Source: an uncultured bacterium
GTDB taxonomy: Bacteria; Hydrogenedentota; Hydrogenedentia; Hydrogenedentales; JAEUWI01
Direction of reading: 5' to 3'
Assembly (NCBI GenBank): GCA_963977445.1
Contig: CAXBPH010000196.1
Location: 1-13,299, forward strand
Length of the DNA stretch: 13,299 nt
Position numbers and translations under genes: made by a program. Below are positions 1 to 8,893 of this stretch, piece after piece (position 1 is the stretch's first letter; every line of letters begins with the position of its first letter). Under the pieces are notes generated by a model. That model had not been told where the DNA came from. It was given only the letters and a program-made list of their open reading frames with translations, and made no database searches.

Positions 1-25
1 CTTCGTACGGCGCAGACGTACGAAG
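1..25. repeat. Short hairpin/palindrome (CTTCGTACG-7 nt-CGTACGAAG), may extend beyond the window edge
   Basis: 1-9 is the exact reverse complement of 17-25. Confidence 0.55.
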
Positions 26-28
26 AGT

Positions 29-175
29 GGGTTCGGGTGCCTTGACCCAAGTCGACGTCAGAAAAAAGTAGTTATTACCGTAGCTCGGCTCACCGAAAAT
101 CCCACAATGAAACAAAGCCACTGCCAGGTCACCCATTAGTCCACCCGGTAATCGCCCCCCAAGGCACCCGAACCC
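29..175. repeat. Pair of perfect 16-bp inverted repeats (REP doublet/MITE-like)
   Basis: GGGTTCGGGTGCCTTG (29-44) is the exact reverse complement of CAAGGCACCCGAACCC (160-175). Non-coding, downstream of the DUF1501 gene. Confidence 0.6.
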
Positions 176-322
176 TCCTGCGGCGGATCTTCGACCGGGA
201 ATACCGGATCGGGTGGCACCCCGGCGTCCATACGGTTCAGCAAATGGGAAACGAAGTCTACCGGACATTTTTAATGCGATTGCCCTGGTTCGTAGCCCGT
301 GTTCGAGTTTTGCAACGGCCTG

Positions 323-1756
323 CTACGCCAGAATAGGGCGAACTACGTTGCCGGCCACGTCGGTGAGGCGGAAATCACGCCCCTGAAAACGGAACGTCAT
401 TTTCGTGTGCTCGATGCCGAGCAGGTGCAACAGGGTCGCATGAAAGTCGTGTACGTGAACCACATCGTCCACGGCATTGTAGCCGAAATCATCGGTGGCA
501 CCGTGGGTTATGCCGCCTTGGACGCCGCCACCCGCCATCCAGAGTGAAAAGCCTTTGATATGATGGTCGCGCCCGGAACCCTGCGCCATGGGCGTACGCC
601 CGAATTCTCCACCCCAAATGATCAGGGTATCTTCCAACATGCCCCGCTGGGCAAGGTCCTTCACCAACGCTGCGGAAGCCTGGTCCACCAACTTTGCCGT
701 CGTGGCCATGCCGTCTTTGATGCCGCCGTGATGATCCCAACCACGGTGATAGAGCTGAATAAAACGCACCCCACGCTCGGCCATGCGCCGTGCCAGCAGG
801 CAGTTGGAGGCAAAGCTTCCATCGGCACCTTCGGTGCCATACATCTCTTTAATGTGCTGCGGCTCGCTGGAAAAATCGACCAGTTCCGGCACACTGGTCT
901 GCATCTTGAAGGCCATTTCATACTGGCTGATCCGGGTCTGGATCTCCGCATCCTCCGTGGCCTCTTCGTGGTGTTGATTCAACGCCTGAACGGTGTCAAC
1001 CACATCACGTTGTCGCTGTGCATTGACGCCATCCGGATTGCTTAGATAAAGCACCGGATCCCCCGTCGAATGGAATTGAACCCCCTGGAACTTACTGGGC
1101 AGAAATCCGCTATGCCATTGACGGGCAGCGATGGGTTGGGATTGGCCGCCGCCCACCGAAGTGAGCACCACGAATCCCGGCAGATTGTCGGCCTCACTCC
1201 CCAGGCCATAGGTGACCCAGCTTCCCATACTGGGCCGACCGGAAATGGAGGTGCCCGTATTCATGAAGGTGTGGGCAGGATCATGATTGATTTGCTCGGT
1301 CTTCATGGAGCGAACGATACAGATGTCGTCGGCGATGGAACCAATATGGGGAAAGAGGGTGGATATTTCCTGCTTGGACTTGCCGTAGCGCTCGAAAGGG
1401 TGCTGGGGGCCGAGACAACGAAGCTGTTGCCCCTGTAACTGGGCAATCGGCTGGCCTTCCGTGATGGAGGGCGGCATGGCCTGTCCATCGAGTTCCGCAA
1501 GCTTTGGCTTGTAGTCAAAGGATTCGAGATGAGAGGGGCCACCCGCCATGTAGAGGTAAATCACCCGCTTGGCTTTGGGCACGATATGGCGCGGCGTGAC
1601 GAGGCCGTAGCGCAAGACGTCTTCTGCCGACGGGACAGGCGCGGCGGTCGCGGCCCGTTGCATCAGGCCGGCCAGCGCGAGGGAGCCAATGCCCCGTGAC
1701 GCGCGCCCGAAAAACTGACGTCGCGTTTGCAGGAGTTGGAGGTCGTGGTAATTCAT
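323..1756 (-). CDS. DUF1501 domain-containing protein (sulfatase-like fold), Tat-exported
   Basis: Tat-like TRRQFFG. DUF1501 motifs KAKRVIYLYMAGGPSHLESFDYKP, GRPSMGSWVTYGLG, CLLARRMAERGVRFIQLYHRGWDHH, WGGEFGRTP, GRDHH, DFHATLLHLLG and FRLTDV. ATG at 1756 chosen because GAGGTG lies 6 nt upstream (ORF track starts at GTG 1765). Confidence 0.93.
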   Translation of the reverse strand: MNYHDLQLLQTRRQFFGRASRGIGSLALAGLMQRAATAAPVPSAEDVLRYGLVTPRHIVPKAKRVIYLYMAGGPSHLESFDYKPKLAELDGQAMPPSITEGQPIAQLQGQQLRCLGPQHPFERYGKSKQEISTLFPHIGSIADDICIVRSMKTEQINHDPAHTFMNTGTSISGRPSMGSWVTYGLGSEADNLPGFVVLTSVGGGQSQPIAARQWHSGFLPSKFQGVQFHSTGDPVLYLSNPDGVNAQRQRDVVDTVQALNQHHEEATEDAEIQTRISQYEMAFKMQTSVPELVDFSSEPQHIKEMYGTEGADGSFASNCLLARRMAERGVRFIQLYHRGWDHHGGIKDGMATTAKLVDQASAALVKDLAQRGMLEDTLIIWGGEFGRTPMAQGSGRDHHIKGFSLWMAGGGVQGGITHGATDDFGYNAVDDVVHVHDFHATLLHLLGIEHTKMTFRFQGRDFRLTDVAGNVVRPILA

Positions 1757-1780
1757 ATCATTCACCTCAATCGCTTAAAA

Positions 1781-4700
1781 TCAGCTTCGGGTTATCGTTT
1801 CATGGAGATTCAAAATGACCCGCGTCACCGACGTCCACGCGGCGAGGTCCGCTACATCGACGCCTTCCGGTACCGGTGTCATTCCCGCCTCAAGCACCGC
1901 CTTCGCCGCTTCGGGATCCTGGCTATATTCCATCAGATGGCTGTGGTATAGATTCCGAATCAGTTCCAGTTCCTGGGCATCGGGTTCGCGGGAAAGAGCG
2001 TAGTGATAGGCCAGGATGATTCGGTCATCGCTGCGCTCACCACCTTCCGCCATAATGCGTTGTGCAAAGACCCGGGCCGCTTCCACGTAGGTGGGGTCAT
2101 TGAGCAACACCAGGGCCTGCAACGGCGTGTTGGATGTGGTACGTTCGGCAGTGCATTCTTCCCGGCTGGGGGCGTCGAAAGCGAGTAAGCTCGGGTGGAG
2201 GAAAGAGCGCTTCCAGAAGGTATAGAGGCCCCGTCGATATTGGTCCGACCCCGTGTCGGTGTCATAGGCCAAAACCCCACCAAAGGTATTGCAGTTGGCG
2301 TAATAGCCTTCCGGCTGATAGGGGAACACCGAGCGTCCTCCAATATCGGGTGCCAGCAGTCCACTGATTGCCAATGCCCCGTCGCGAACGAGTTCGGCTT
2401 CAATACGATATCGGCTCTGGCGCGCATACAGCCGGTTAAAGGGATCCTGGGCACGCAACGTTTCGGTGGGCATGCTGGACTCGCGGTAGGTCTTCGAGGT
2501 GACCATGAGTCGCACCATGTGCTTCACATCCCACCCGCTGTCCACAAATTCACGGGCGAGCCAGTCCAACAATTCCGGATGGGTGGGCCATTCCCCCTGG
2601 GCACCCAGATCGTCGAGGACTTTGGAAATACCGATACCGTAAAATTGCTTCCAGAGGCGATTCATCGTGACCCGCGCCGTCAGCGGATTGTCCTTCCGGA
2701 CGAGCCAGTTTGCCAGGTCGAGGCGGTTCGCACGGCGATCGGTGACGCCCAGGTCAGGCAGTACCTCCGGCGTATCGGGTAGTACCTCTTCCCCGCTCTC
2801 ATCGAGCCAGTTACCCCGCGGAAGAACCCGGGTAATCCGTGGCTCTGGCAGAGACTTGGCAATGAGGGTCGTTTCCATACCCGCCTTGAGGGCATCAAAT
2901 TCATTCCGGCGCGCCACGAGGGCGTCCCGTTGGGGTTGCAGTGCAGGAGTGGTGGCCAGGAAGAAGTCTGCCAGCTCGGCCCGCTCGGCCGGTGTGCGAA
3001 AACCCGCCCCGGTCCGTAATGTCGTCTGCAGCGCGGGAGGCAGCGTCAACCATGGCGTCGTAGCAGCCACCTCGTTCCCCGTCTGCTTCAGGCGAAAACA
3101 ATCGATTTGGTGCGCGGCAAACTGGGATTCGAAATGCAAGGCGACCTCAATCTGGCCCCCGGCCGCCGTCGCTACAGGCGCACCAAATCCAAATATGGCC
3201 ACGTGGTCCCCCTTGGTAAGGTGACCATCTACGGCCCAGCCCTGGCGCTTGTCGTCGTTCAATGCATTGGTGACGGGGTACTCCGCCTGGGAGTAATCGG
3301 CCTGGGCGGAAACCACCGGGATGGCCGTGCTGGTTTCGGCACCTGGGGCCCGATAGGAAGCCACAAACTGGGTCAGGACAAAATTGCCACCGCCCCGTGA
3401 GACACCATCCAGTTCGGGGTGGTTGAAGGTCTCCAGCATGAGCGCCCGCACGACGCCGTCTTCGGTGGGCACGTGAAGGGTATAAATATCCTGGGCCTTT
3501 TCGGGGCCACGGGCGATAATACGATCCCCGTCTATCGCCGCAAACACGGTCTCGCCCTGGGAGGTTGTTTCGGTGGGCGTAGCCAATTTCCAGAGGGACT
3601 CGGAATCCTTGCGCTGCTTCAGGACCTCCTCTTCCCACGCCGCCCGGGCCGCATCAAGCTCGGGGGTCACTGTCTTCAGCGTAGTTTCAAGCCCCTGGAT
3701 AGCGGCCAACAATTCCGTCTCCCGGGTCGCCTCTTCGGGCGTGGGAAGATACATAAAGGGGTCCCACTTTTGCCCGGAACCATAGACGCCCTTCTCTTCG
3801 ATATCGGCGAAGAAGGCGGAAAATTCGTAGAAATCCCGTGTGCTCAGGGGGTCAAATTTGTGGTCGTGGCATTCGGCGCAGCCCATGGTCGCGCCCATCC
3901 ACACGGTCGCTGTGGTGCGCACCCGATCGGCGGCGTATTTTGCGATGTACTCTTTGGCCTGAGCGCCCCCCTCGGCTGTAATCTGATTCAGCCGATTGTA
4001 TCCGGAAGCTATCAATTGCTCCCGCGTGGGCTCGGGGAGCAGGTCGCCGGCCAATTGCTCGCGGGTGAACTGGTCAAAGGGCATATTGGTGTTAAACGCG
4101 TTGATCACATAGTCGCGAAAGGCCGAAATGCTTCGGAATTCGTCGCTGTGGTACCCATTGGAATCGGCATAACGAACCGCGTCGAGCCAGTCCATCGCCA
4201 TTCGTTCTCCGTAATGGGGCGAAGCCAATAGACGGTCTACCAGCGCCTCGTAGGCCGTCGGGCTCTGGTCGGCCACAAACGCCTCCACATCGGCGGGCGT
4301 TGGGGGCACGCCGAGGATATCCCAATGGAGGCGACGCATCAGGGTGCGCCTGTCGGCTTCGGGTTGGGCGCTGAGGCCGTTGCGGACCAACACGGCTTGG
4401 ACGAAGCCGTCGATGGGCGCCGTGCTCCCGTCGCCCGCAGGGGCGGCATGGGGTGCCGGGGGAATGTAGGCCCAGTGGGGCTCATAGGCCGCCCCCTGTT
4501 CCACCCAGGCCTTTAGAATAGCTTTCTCCCCCTCGGTAAGCTGCTTCTTTTGATCGACGGGAGGCATCTGGTCATCGGCGTCGGTCGTAAAAATTCGGTG
4601 GACCAGTTCGCTGGTCTCCGGGTCGCCTGCCGAAATAACCTGGGCTGCTTTGGATTCCACGCCTTCGGCGGGGGGCAAGTCAAGGCGGAGATCGCCTTTG

Positions 4701-4891
4701 CGCGCGTGTGAATCAGGCCCGTGGCAGGCGTAGCACTTGTCCGAGAGGATAGGTCGAACGTGTCGGTTGAACCCAATGTGCTCAGGCAGATCGGACGCCT
4801 CGGGAGAAGCAGCCCATGCGCCGTGGACGGTGCTTAGAGTAAGCAGGCCGACGCCTACGATGTGTCGCCATTCCATCACACGATACTCCAT
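1781..4891 (-). CDS. PSD1 and planctomycete cytochrome c domain protein (PSCyt1 + DUF1549/PSCyt2 + discoidin-like insert + DUF1553/PSD1)
   Basis: Signal peptide (..HGAWA), FNRHVRPILSDKCYACHGPD, PHYGERMAMDWLDAVRYADSNG, CAECHDHKFDP, NPLTARVTMNRLW, PTHPELLDWLA and NTPLQALVLLND. True start may be ATG 4876 (GGAG 9 nt upstream). Confidence 0.93.
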   Translation of the reverse strand: MEYRVMEWRHIVGVGLLTLSTVHGAWAASPEASDLPEHIGFNRHVRPILSDKCYACHGPDSHARKGDLRLDLPPAEGVESKAAQVISAGDPETSELVHRIFTTDADDQMPPVDQKKQLTEGEKAILKAWVEQGAAYEPHWAYIPPAPHAAPAGDGSTAPIDGFVQAVLVRNGLSAQPEADRRTLMRRLHWDILGVPPTPADVEAFVADQSPTAYEALVDRLLASPHYGERMAMDWLDAVRYADSNGYHSDEFRSISAFRDYVINAFNTNMPFDQFTREQLAGDLLPEPTREQLIASGYNRLNQITAEGGAQAKEYIAKYAADRVRTTATVWMGATMGCAECHDHKFDPLSTRDFYEFSAFFADIEEKGVYGSGQKWDPFMYLPTPEEATRETELLAAIQGLETTLKTVTPELDAARAAWEEEVLKQRKDSESLWKLATPTETTSQGETVFAAIDGDRIIARGPEKAQDIYTLHVPTEDGVVRALMLETFNHPELDGVSRGGGNFVLTQFVASYRAPGAETSTAIPVVSAQADYSQAEYPVTNALNDDKRQGWAVDGHLTKGDHVAIFGFGAPVATAAGGQIEVALHFESQFAAHQIDCFRLKQTGNEVAATTPWLTLPPALQTTLRTGAGFRTPAERAELADFFLATTPALQPQRDALVARRNEFDALKAGMETTLIAKSLPEPRITRVLPRGNWLDESGEEVLPDTPEVLPDLGVTDRRANRLDLANWLVRKDNPLTARVTMNRLWKQFYGIGISKVLDDLGAQGEWPTHPELLDWLAREFVDSGWDVKHMVRLMVTSKTYRESSMPTETLRAQDPFNRLYARQSRYRIEAELVRDGALAISGLLAPDIGGRSVFPYQPEGYYANCNTFGGVLAYDTDTGSDQYRRGLYTFWKRSFLHPSLLAFDAPSREECTAERTTSNTPLQALVLLNDPTYVEAARVFAQRIMAEGGERSDDRIILAYHYALSREPDAQELELIRNLYHSHLMEYSQDPEAAKAVLEAGMTPVPEGVDVADLAAWTSVTRVILNLHETITRS

Positions 4892-4910
4892 CGATCCCGA
4901 GAGGGACCTT

Positions 4911-4960
4911 AAATGAAACGGGGTGCTGTTGCCATCGAATTTCCGATAGCAACAGCACCC
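4911..4960 (-). terminator. Intergenic stem-loop (intrinsic terminator/attenuator or mRNA-stabilising hairpin)
   Basis: The minus strand reads GGGTGCTGTTGCTATCG-GAAATT-CGATGGCAACAGCACCC, a 17-bp stem with one U.G pair (4921-4960), followed by CGTTTCATTT. It starts 12 nt after the upstream stop codon. Confidence 0.65.
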
Positions 4961-4972
4961 TAAGTAGACTAC

Positions 4973-7174
4973 TTATGCTGCGCTGGGGTTACACTTTTTG
5001 CAGACCAGGTCGGTCTTGCGGGCTTCCACACAGCAGGGATGATCACATTCCGTCTTGGCCAGCAGGGCCTTGGGACAACAGCTTCCCTCGTCAAAACTCA
5101 AGGCCACCTTGGGGGGCGTTGCCGACTTGGGATTGCACTTGGCGCAGACCGTTCCCGCCGCAGCCGCTTCTACGCAGCAGGGGTGGTCACAGGTCTTGCC
5201 TTCGGCTTTGGCCTTGGCGCAGCAACTACCTTCATCGAAGGCGAGTTCGGGAGCCGGGGCGGCCGATTTGGGATTGCACTTGGCGCAGACTTTGCCCGCC
5301 GCAGCCGCTTCTACGCAGCAGGGGTGGTCACAGGCCTTGCCTTCGGCCTTGGCCTTGGCGCAGCAGCTGCCTTCATCGAAGGCGAGTTCGGGAGCCGGAG
5401 CGGCCGCCTTGGGATTGCACTTGGCGCAGACTTTGCCCGCCGCAGCCGCTTCTACGCAGCAGGGGTGGTCACAGGCCTTGCCTTCGGCCTTGGCCTTGGC
5501 GCAGCAGCTACCCTCATCGAAGGCGAGTTCTGCTGGTGCCGGTTCAGGCGCTGGGGCCGGCGCGGCCATGCCCTTGGGATTACATTTGGCGCAGGCGGTT
5601 TTCGCAGCCCAGGCTTCTTTGCAGCATTCATGATCGCAAAGCTTGCCACCGGCATAGGCCTTGGCGCAGCATCCATCGGCATCAAACTTGGCCACGATAG
5701 CCAGCAGTTCGGCGGCACCGGAATTGCACTTGGTGCATACCGTGTTGGCTTTGCGGGCTTCTTCGCAGCAAGGGTGATCGCAGACCTTGTTTTCAGCGGC
5801 CGCTTTGGCGCAGCAACTGTCGGCGGTAAACATTTCCTTGGGAATTACCAGGGCCATTTCCGTCGTGGGGACAGCGGCGGGGTCGAGACCCATATCTACC
5901 GCGAGGGCGGGCACCGCTGCCTTCAAACCATCCACACCGGCGGGGGTAACTTCGGTCTGCCAGAGAAAGAGCTTCTTGAGCTTTTTGAGGCCCTTGAGTT
6001 GCTCCAGACCGGCGTCGGTCACCTTAGTGCCATAAAGATTCAGGTATTCCAGATGCTCCAGCTTCGCAAGGTGAGCCAGACCGGCATCGGTCACCGCCGT
6101 CCGCTCAAGATGCAAACGCGTGAGCTTGACGAGCCCGGCAACCTGGGCAAGACCACCGTCGGTGATTTTGGTGTTCGCCAGGTTGAGCCAGGTCAACTGC
6201 GCCGTGAGCGGGGGCAACGTCGCCAATTCGGCGTCCGTTACTTTATCACCGATAAGGTGAAAATCAACCCGAACCAGCGGCGTCTTCATATCCAACGGCA
6301 TGGCCAGACCACCCAGATCGGTAACGACCGCGAGAAGCTCGGGGGCGGCGGGTGCCGTGTCTTTGGCGAGAATCTCGAGAATATTTGGCTCGTCTTTCTT
6401 GCTGCCCGCCATGGAGGCCGCTGCGGCTTCTGCCGTCCAGCCTTCAAAGTCCGCACCGGCAAGAATCCAGGCGCTGATGGCTGCGGTCTGCTCTGCCGTG
6501 AGGGGATCGCCCTTGGCAGGCATGATGTCGGGATCGTCGGCAGGGAGAACGGTAAGTTTGAAGAAGGTACTTTCTTCGGGCTTGCCCGCAACGATGATCG
6601 GGCCGTTTTCGCCGCCCTTCATGATGGATTCAGGGGAATCCAGACGCAATTCGCCTTTTTGCTTCTCCGGTCCGTGACAGGATACGCAACGTTCTTGAAG
6701 TACAGGCCAGATCGTGGACGCGAATACGCCACCGGCGGCTTCTTCCTTCATGGGTGCGGGCGCAGCCGCCGCATCAAAGACGGCACCTGCGACAATCCAA
6801 TCGTGGATGAGCTTGGTCTGGGCCTCCGTCAGCACATCACCTTTCGCGGGCATGATATCGGGGTCATCGGCAGGCAACACGACGAGTTTATACAGCGTGC
6901 TTTCTTCCGCCTTGCCGGCAACGAGGACGGGACCATTCTCGCCGCCCTTGAGGATGCCTTCCTGTGTATCGAGCCGCAACTCGCCTTTTTGCTTTTCCTC
7001 ACCGTGGCACTTGAAACAGCTTTCCTGAAGGATAGGTTGAATATCCTTGCTGAAACTGACCTCTTGCGCGTGCACGGCGGCACCAGGCATCGCCAGAATG
7101 CCCGCGGCAACGACACCCCGGAGGGCACCTCGCGTCATCTGGTCGATACAGAATTTTCGGGGAATGCCAATCAT
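4973..7174 (-). CDS. Secreted di-heme planctomycete-type cytochrome c + leucine-rich repeat protein with six C-terminal Cys/His-rich repeats
   Basis: Signal peptide (..GAAVHA/QEV). Two PSCyt1-like domains (CFKCHG..KGELRLD..MP; CVSCHG..KGELRLD..MP). LRRs (LTWLNLANTKITDGGL, LTRLHLERTAVTDAGL, LEYLNLYGTKVTDAGL, LKKLFLWQTEVT). Six CC-x9-CDHxCC-x9-CxxCN units. ATG at 7174 chosen for its GGAGCAGGA RBS (ORF track extends to 7270). Confidence 0.88.
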   Translation of the reverse strand: MIGIPRKFCIDQMTRGALRGVVAAGILAMPGAAVHAQEVSFSKDIQPILQESCFKCHGEEKQKGELRLDTQEGILKGGENGPVLVAGKAEESTLYKLVVLPADDPDIMPAKGDVLTEAQTKLIHDWIVAGAVFDAAAAPAPMKEEAAGGVFASTIWPVLQERCVSCHGPEKQKGELRLDSPESIMKGGENGPIIVAGKPEESTFFKLTVLPADDPDIMPAKGDPLTAEQTAAISAWILAGADFEGWTAEAAAASMAGSKKDEPNILEILAKDTAPAAPELLAVVTDLGGLAMPLDMKTPLVRVDFHLIGDKVTDAELATLPPLTAQLTWLNLANTKITDGGLAQVAGLVKLTRLHLERTAVTDAGLAHLAKLEHLEYLNLYGTKVTDAGLEQLKGLKKLKKLFLWQTEVTPAGVDGLKAAVPALAVDMGLDPAAVPTTEMALVIPKEMFTADSCCAKAAAENKVCDHPCCEEARKANTVCTKCNSGAAELLAIVAKFDADGCCAKAYAGGKLCDHECCKEAWAAKTACAKCNPKGMAAPAPAPEPAPAELAFDEGSCCAKAKAEGKACDHPCCVEAAAAGKVCAKCNPKAAAPAPELAFDEGSCCAKAKAEGKACDHPCCVEAAAAGKVCAKCNPKSAAPAPELAFDEGSCCAKAKAEGKTCDHPCCVEAAAAGTVCAKCNPKSATPPKVALSFDEGSCCPKALLAKTECDHPCCVEARKTDLVCKKCNPSAA
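5127..5531 (-). repeat. Intragenic tandem repeat, about 3 near-identical copies of 141 bp (47 aa)
   Basis: TTGGGATTGCACTTGGCGCAGAC recurs at 5127, 5268 and 5409; encodes Cys-rich repeats 3-5. Confidence 0.9.
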
Positions 7175-7395
7175 TTTCCTGCTCCAATCTGCGTAGTAAT
7201 ACTCGGGTGCACAAAAAGCGCGTTGACCGTCGTCACACCCTGCCGATAACTGTATGTAAATCCTCAACAACTTGGATTTTATGATTTCGTTTTACTGCAC
7301 CCCGCATCTTGTTGAAACGCGGGTATGCCGCAACCCGTGATGGTAACCCGCATATTTATCAATTTGCAAAAGTTACCTCCCGGGTCCACCGAGAC

Positions 7396-8640
7396 CTAGG
7401 ACCATCCCTTGAGCGGATGCGCTCTGTTTTCCAGGGGAAAGGCAACGCGCTTACCCTGAACATAGGCCTCAAACACGGCCTGAATCATCTCCTGAGACGC
7501 CAGACAGTCCTGTAGCGACGTGACGGGCTCCCGATCTTCTTCGATGGCTTCAATCAAATCCGAAACGATCGGCATGTGCCGGTCCCGCTGCGGATCGGTA
7601 ATGTGAATCTCTGGCGCGTCCGGGAGGGGCTTCCAATGGGTAACGGGGGCACCTGCCCCATCGTTGCGGGCCATCCAACTGGAATCTTCCAGCCAGCGCA
7701 CCTCGGGAACGATGGAATTCATTCGCTCCTCGGGCGTCATCTCAATGGCCGGCTTCCGGGAGAAGGTATCCATTTTGATGGAAATCACGCCCGTCGTACC
7801 GAAAATATCGATACCCCAACGCCCCCCATTGCCTTCACGGGTAAACATGGAATCGTAATAGCCTGGAACGCCTTTATCGAAGCCAAAGGCCGCATGAACC
7901 CGGTTTCCGACCACCGGCCCAAGGGGTTCTGAAGCCTCGCGGACGTTTTCGGGACCGGCCGCCTTGCCATTGTGGGTGATATCGGACTGGCACCAGAGGG
8001 GATCGCCCATAAAATAGCGCATGAGGTCAAAAAGGTGGGTTCCGAGCACGATTAGATCTTCCGCACCGGCCCGGCCATCCTCTTTACCCCGGCTTCTGAC
8101 TTCCACGACGGTACCAATGATTTTGTCCTCTTCAATCGCCTTTTTCACGTGGCGAATGGTCTCGGTCATGCGAAAGTTGTAGGCCACGGCCCATTTGAGG
8201 TTCTTGGCTTCCACCGCCGCCACCATGGCATCCCCTTCCGTCAGATCGACGCACAGGGGCTTCTCCAGGTAGCCGTGTGCACCAATGGCGACGCAGGCAT
8301 CCAGATATTCTTTGTGATTAACGGTCCATCGGGGGCTGACGGCCACTATATCGGGCTTTTCTTTTTCGAGCATCTCCCTATAGTCGGCATAGCCCGTTTC
8401 GGCCTTGGATTCGGCCATATGTTTGGCGCGCCCTGCTTCATCGGGATCGGCCAGGCCCACGAGCGTGATGCGATCGTGGAGATCGAAGGCCAGGTGCATG
8501 TCGTGCCCATAGCCACCTTGTTTACTGTCGCCAATCACGCAGGCCCGATAAATTTTCTTTTCCTGCCCCTGGGCACGAAAGGACATACCGGCTGCGGTGG
8601 CCGCTGCCCCGGCCAGAAAAGTTCTACGATTCAATTCCAT
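7396..8640 (-). CDS. Gfo/Idh/MocA family oxidoreductase, Tat-exported
   Basis: Tat signal NRRTFLAG. Family motifs YADYREMLEKEKPDIV, HGYLEKPL and GTHLFDLMRYFMG. RBS AGGAG 8 nt before ATG 8640. Confidence 0.92.
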   Translation of the reverse strand: MELNRRTFLAGAAATAAGMSFRAQGQEKKIYRACVIGDSKQGGYGHDMHLAFDLHDRITLVGLADPDEAGRAKHMAESKAETGYADYREMLEKEKPDIVAVSPRWTVNHKEYLDACVAIGAHGYLEKPLCVDLTEGDAMVAAVEAKNLKWAVAYNFRMTETIRHVKKAIEEDKIIGTVVEVRSRGKEDGRAGAEDLIVLGTHLFDLMRYFMGDPLWCQSDITHNGKAAGPENVREASEPLGPVVGNRVHAAFGFDKGVPGYYDSMFTREGNGGRWGIDIFGTTGVISIKMDTFSRKPAIEMTPEERMNSIVPEVRWLEDSSWMARNDGAGAPVTHWKPLPDAPEIHITDPQRDRHMPIVSDLIEAIEEDREPVTSLQDCLASQEMIQAVFEAYVQGKRVAFPLENRAHPLKGWS

Positions 8641-8755
8641 CAACTATTCTCCTGAAAAAACCGTTTCGCGCCGATGGGGCGTGAAATTCATTTACCGGAT
8701 TACACCACTCGGCGGGATGGGTGCGGATTGCATGCATCGCCTGCCGAATAGAATT

Positions 8756-8764
8756 TGCTACACT
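8756..8764 (+). promoter_or_regulatory. Putative extended -10 promoter (TG-c-TACACT) upstream of the cbiX-like gene
   Basis: TGCTACACT matches TGnTAnnnT, in the divergent intergenic region. Confidence 0.35.
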
Positions 8765-8893
8765 GGACGTCACAGAGGCGGTTGCGCGTCACCCACAGCA
8801 CGACTCATCCGCGCATGGATCCGCCCACCGACTCCAAGCCATCCCTAGAGTATTCAATAAACTACGACCATAATCAAGGAGACCCCCAGCCCC

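Noticed and set aside
29..175. Retron msr-msd with a1/a2 arms
   Set aside because: No long msd-like hairpin between the arms and no reverse transcriptase in the window. Revisit only if an RT lies just left of position 1.
4982..5830. Multiheme cytochrome c interpretation of the Cys-rich repeats
   Set aside because: The motifs are CxxCN, not CxxCH; only the two N-terminal domains have canonical heme c sites.
5039..7249. 736-aa plus-strand ORF and other long antisense ORFs (e.g. 3419-4231, 2195-2782, 8789-9499, 9315-9923, 10204-10824)
   Set aside because: Shadow frames of well-supported genes in GC-rich DNA; no recognisable motifs.
7319..7351. Terminator after the Gfo/Idh/MocA gene (GCGGGT...ACCCGC)
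   Set aside because: Short interrupted stem and a poor U-tract; too weak to call.
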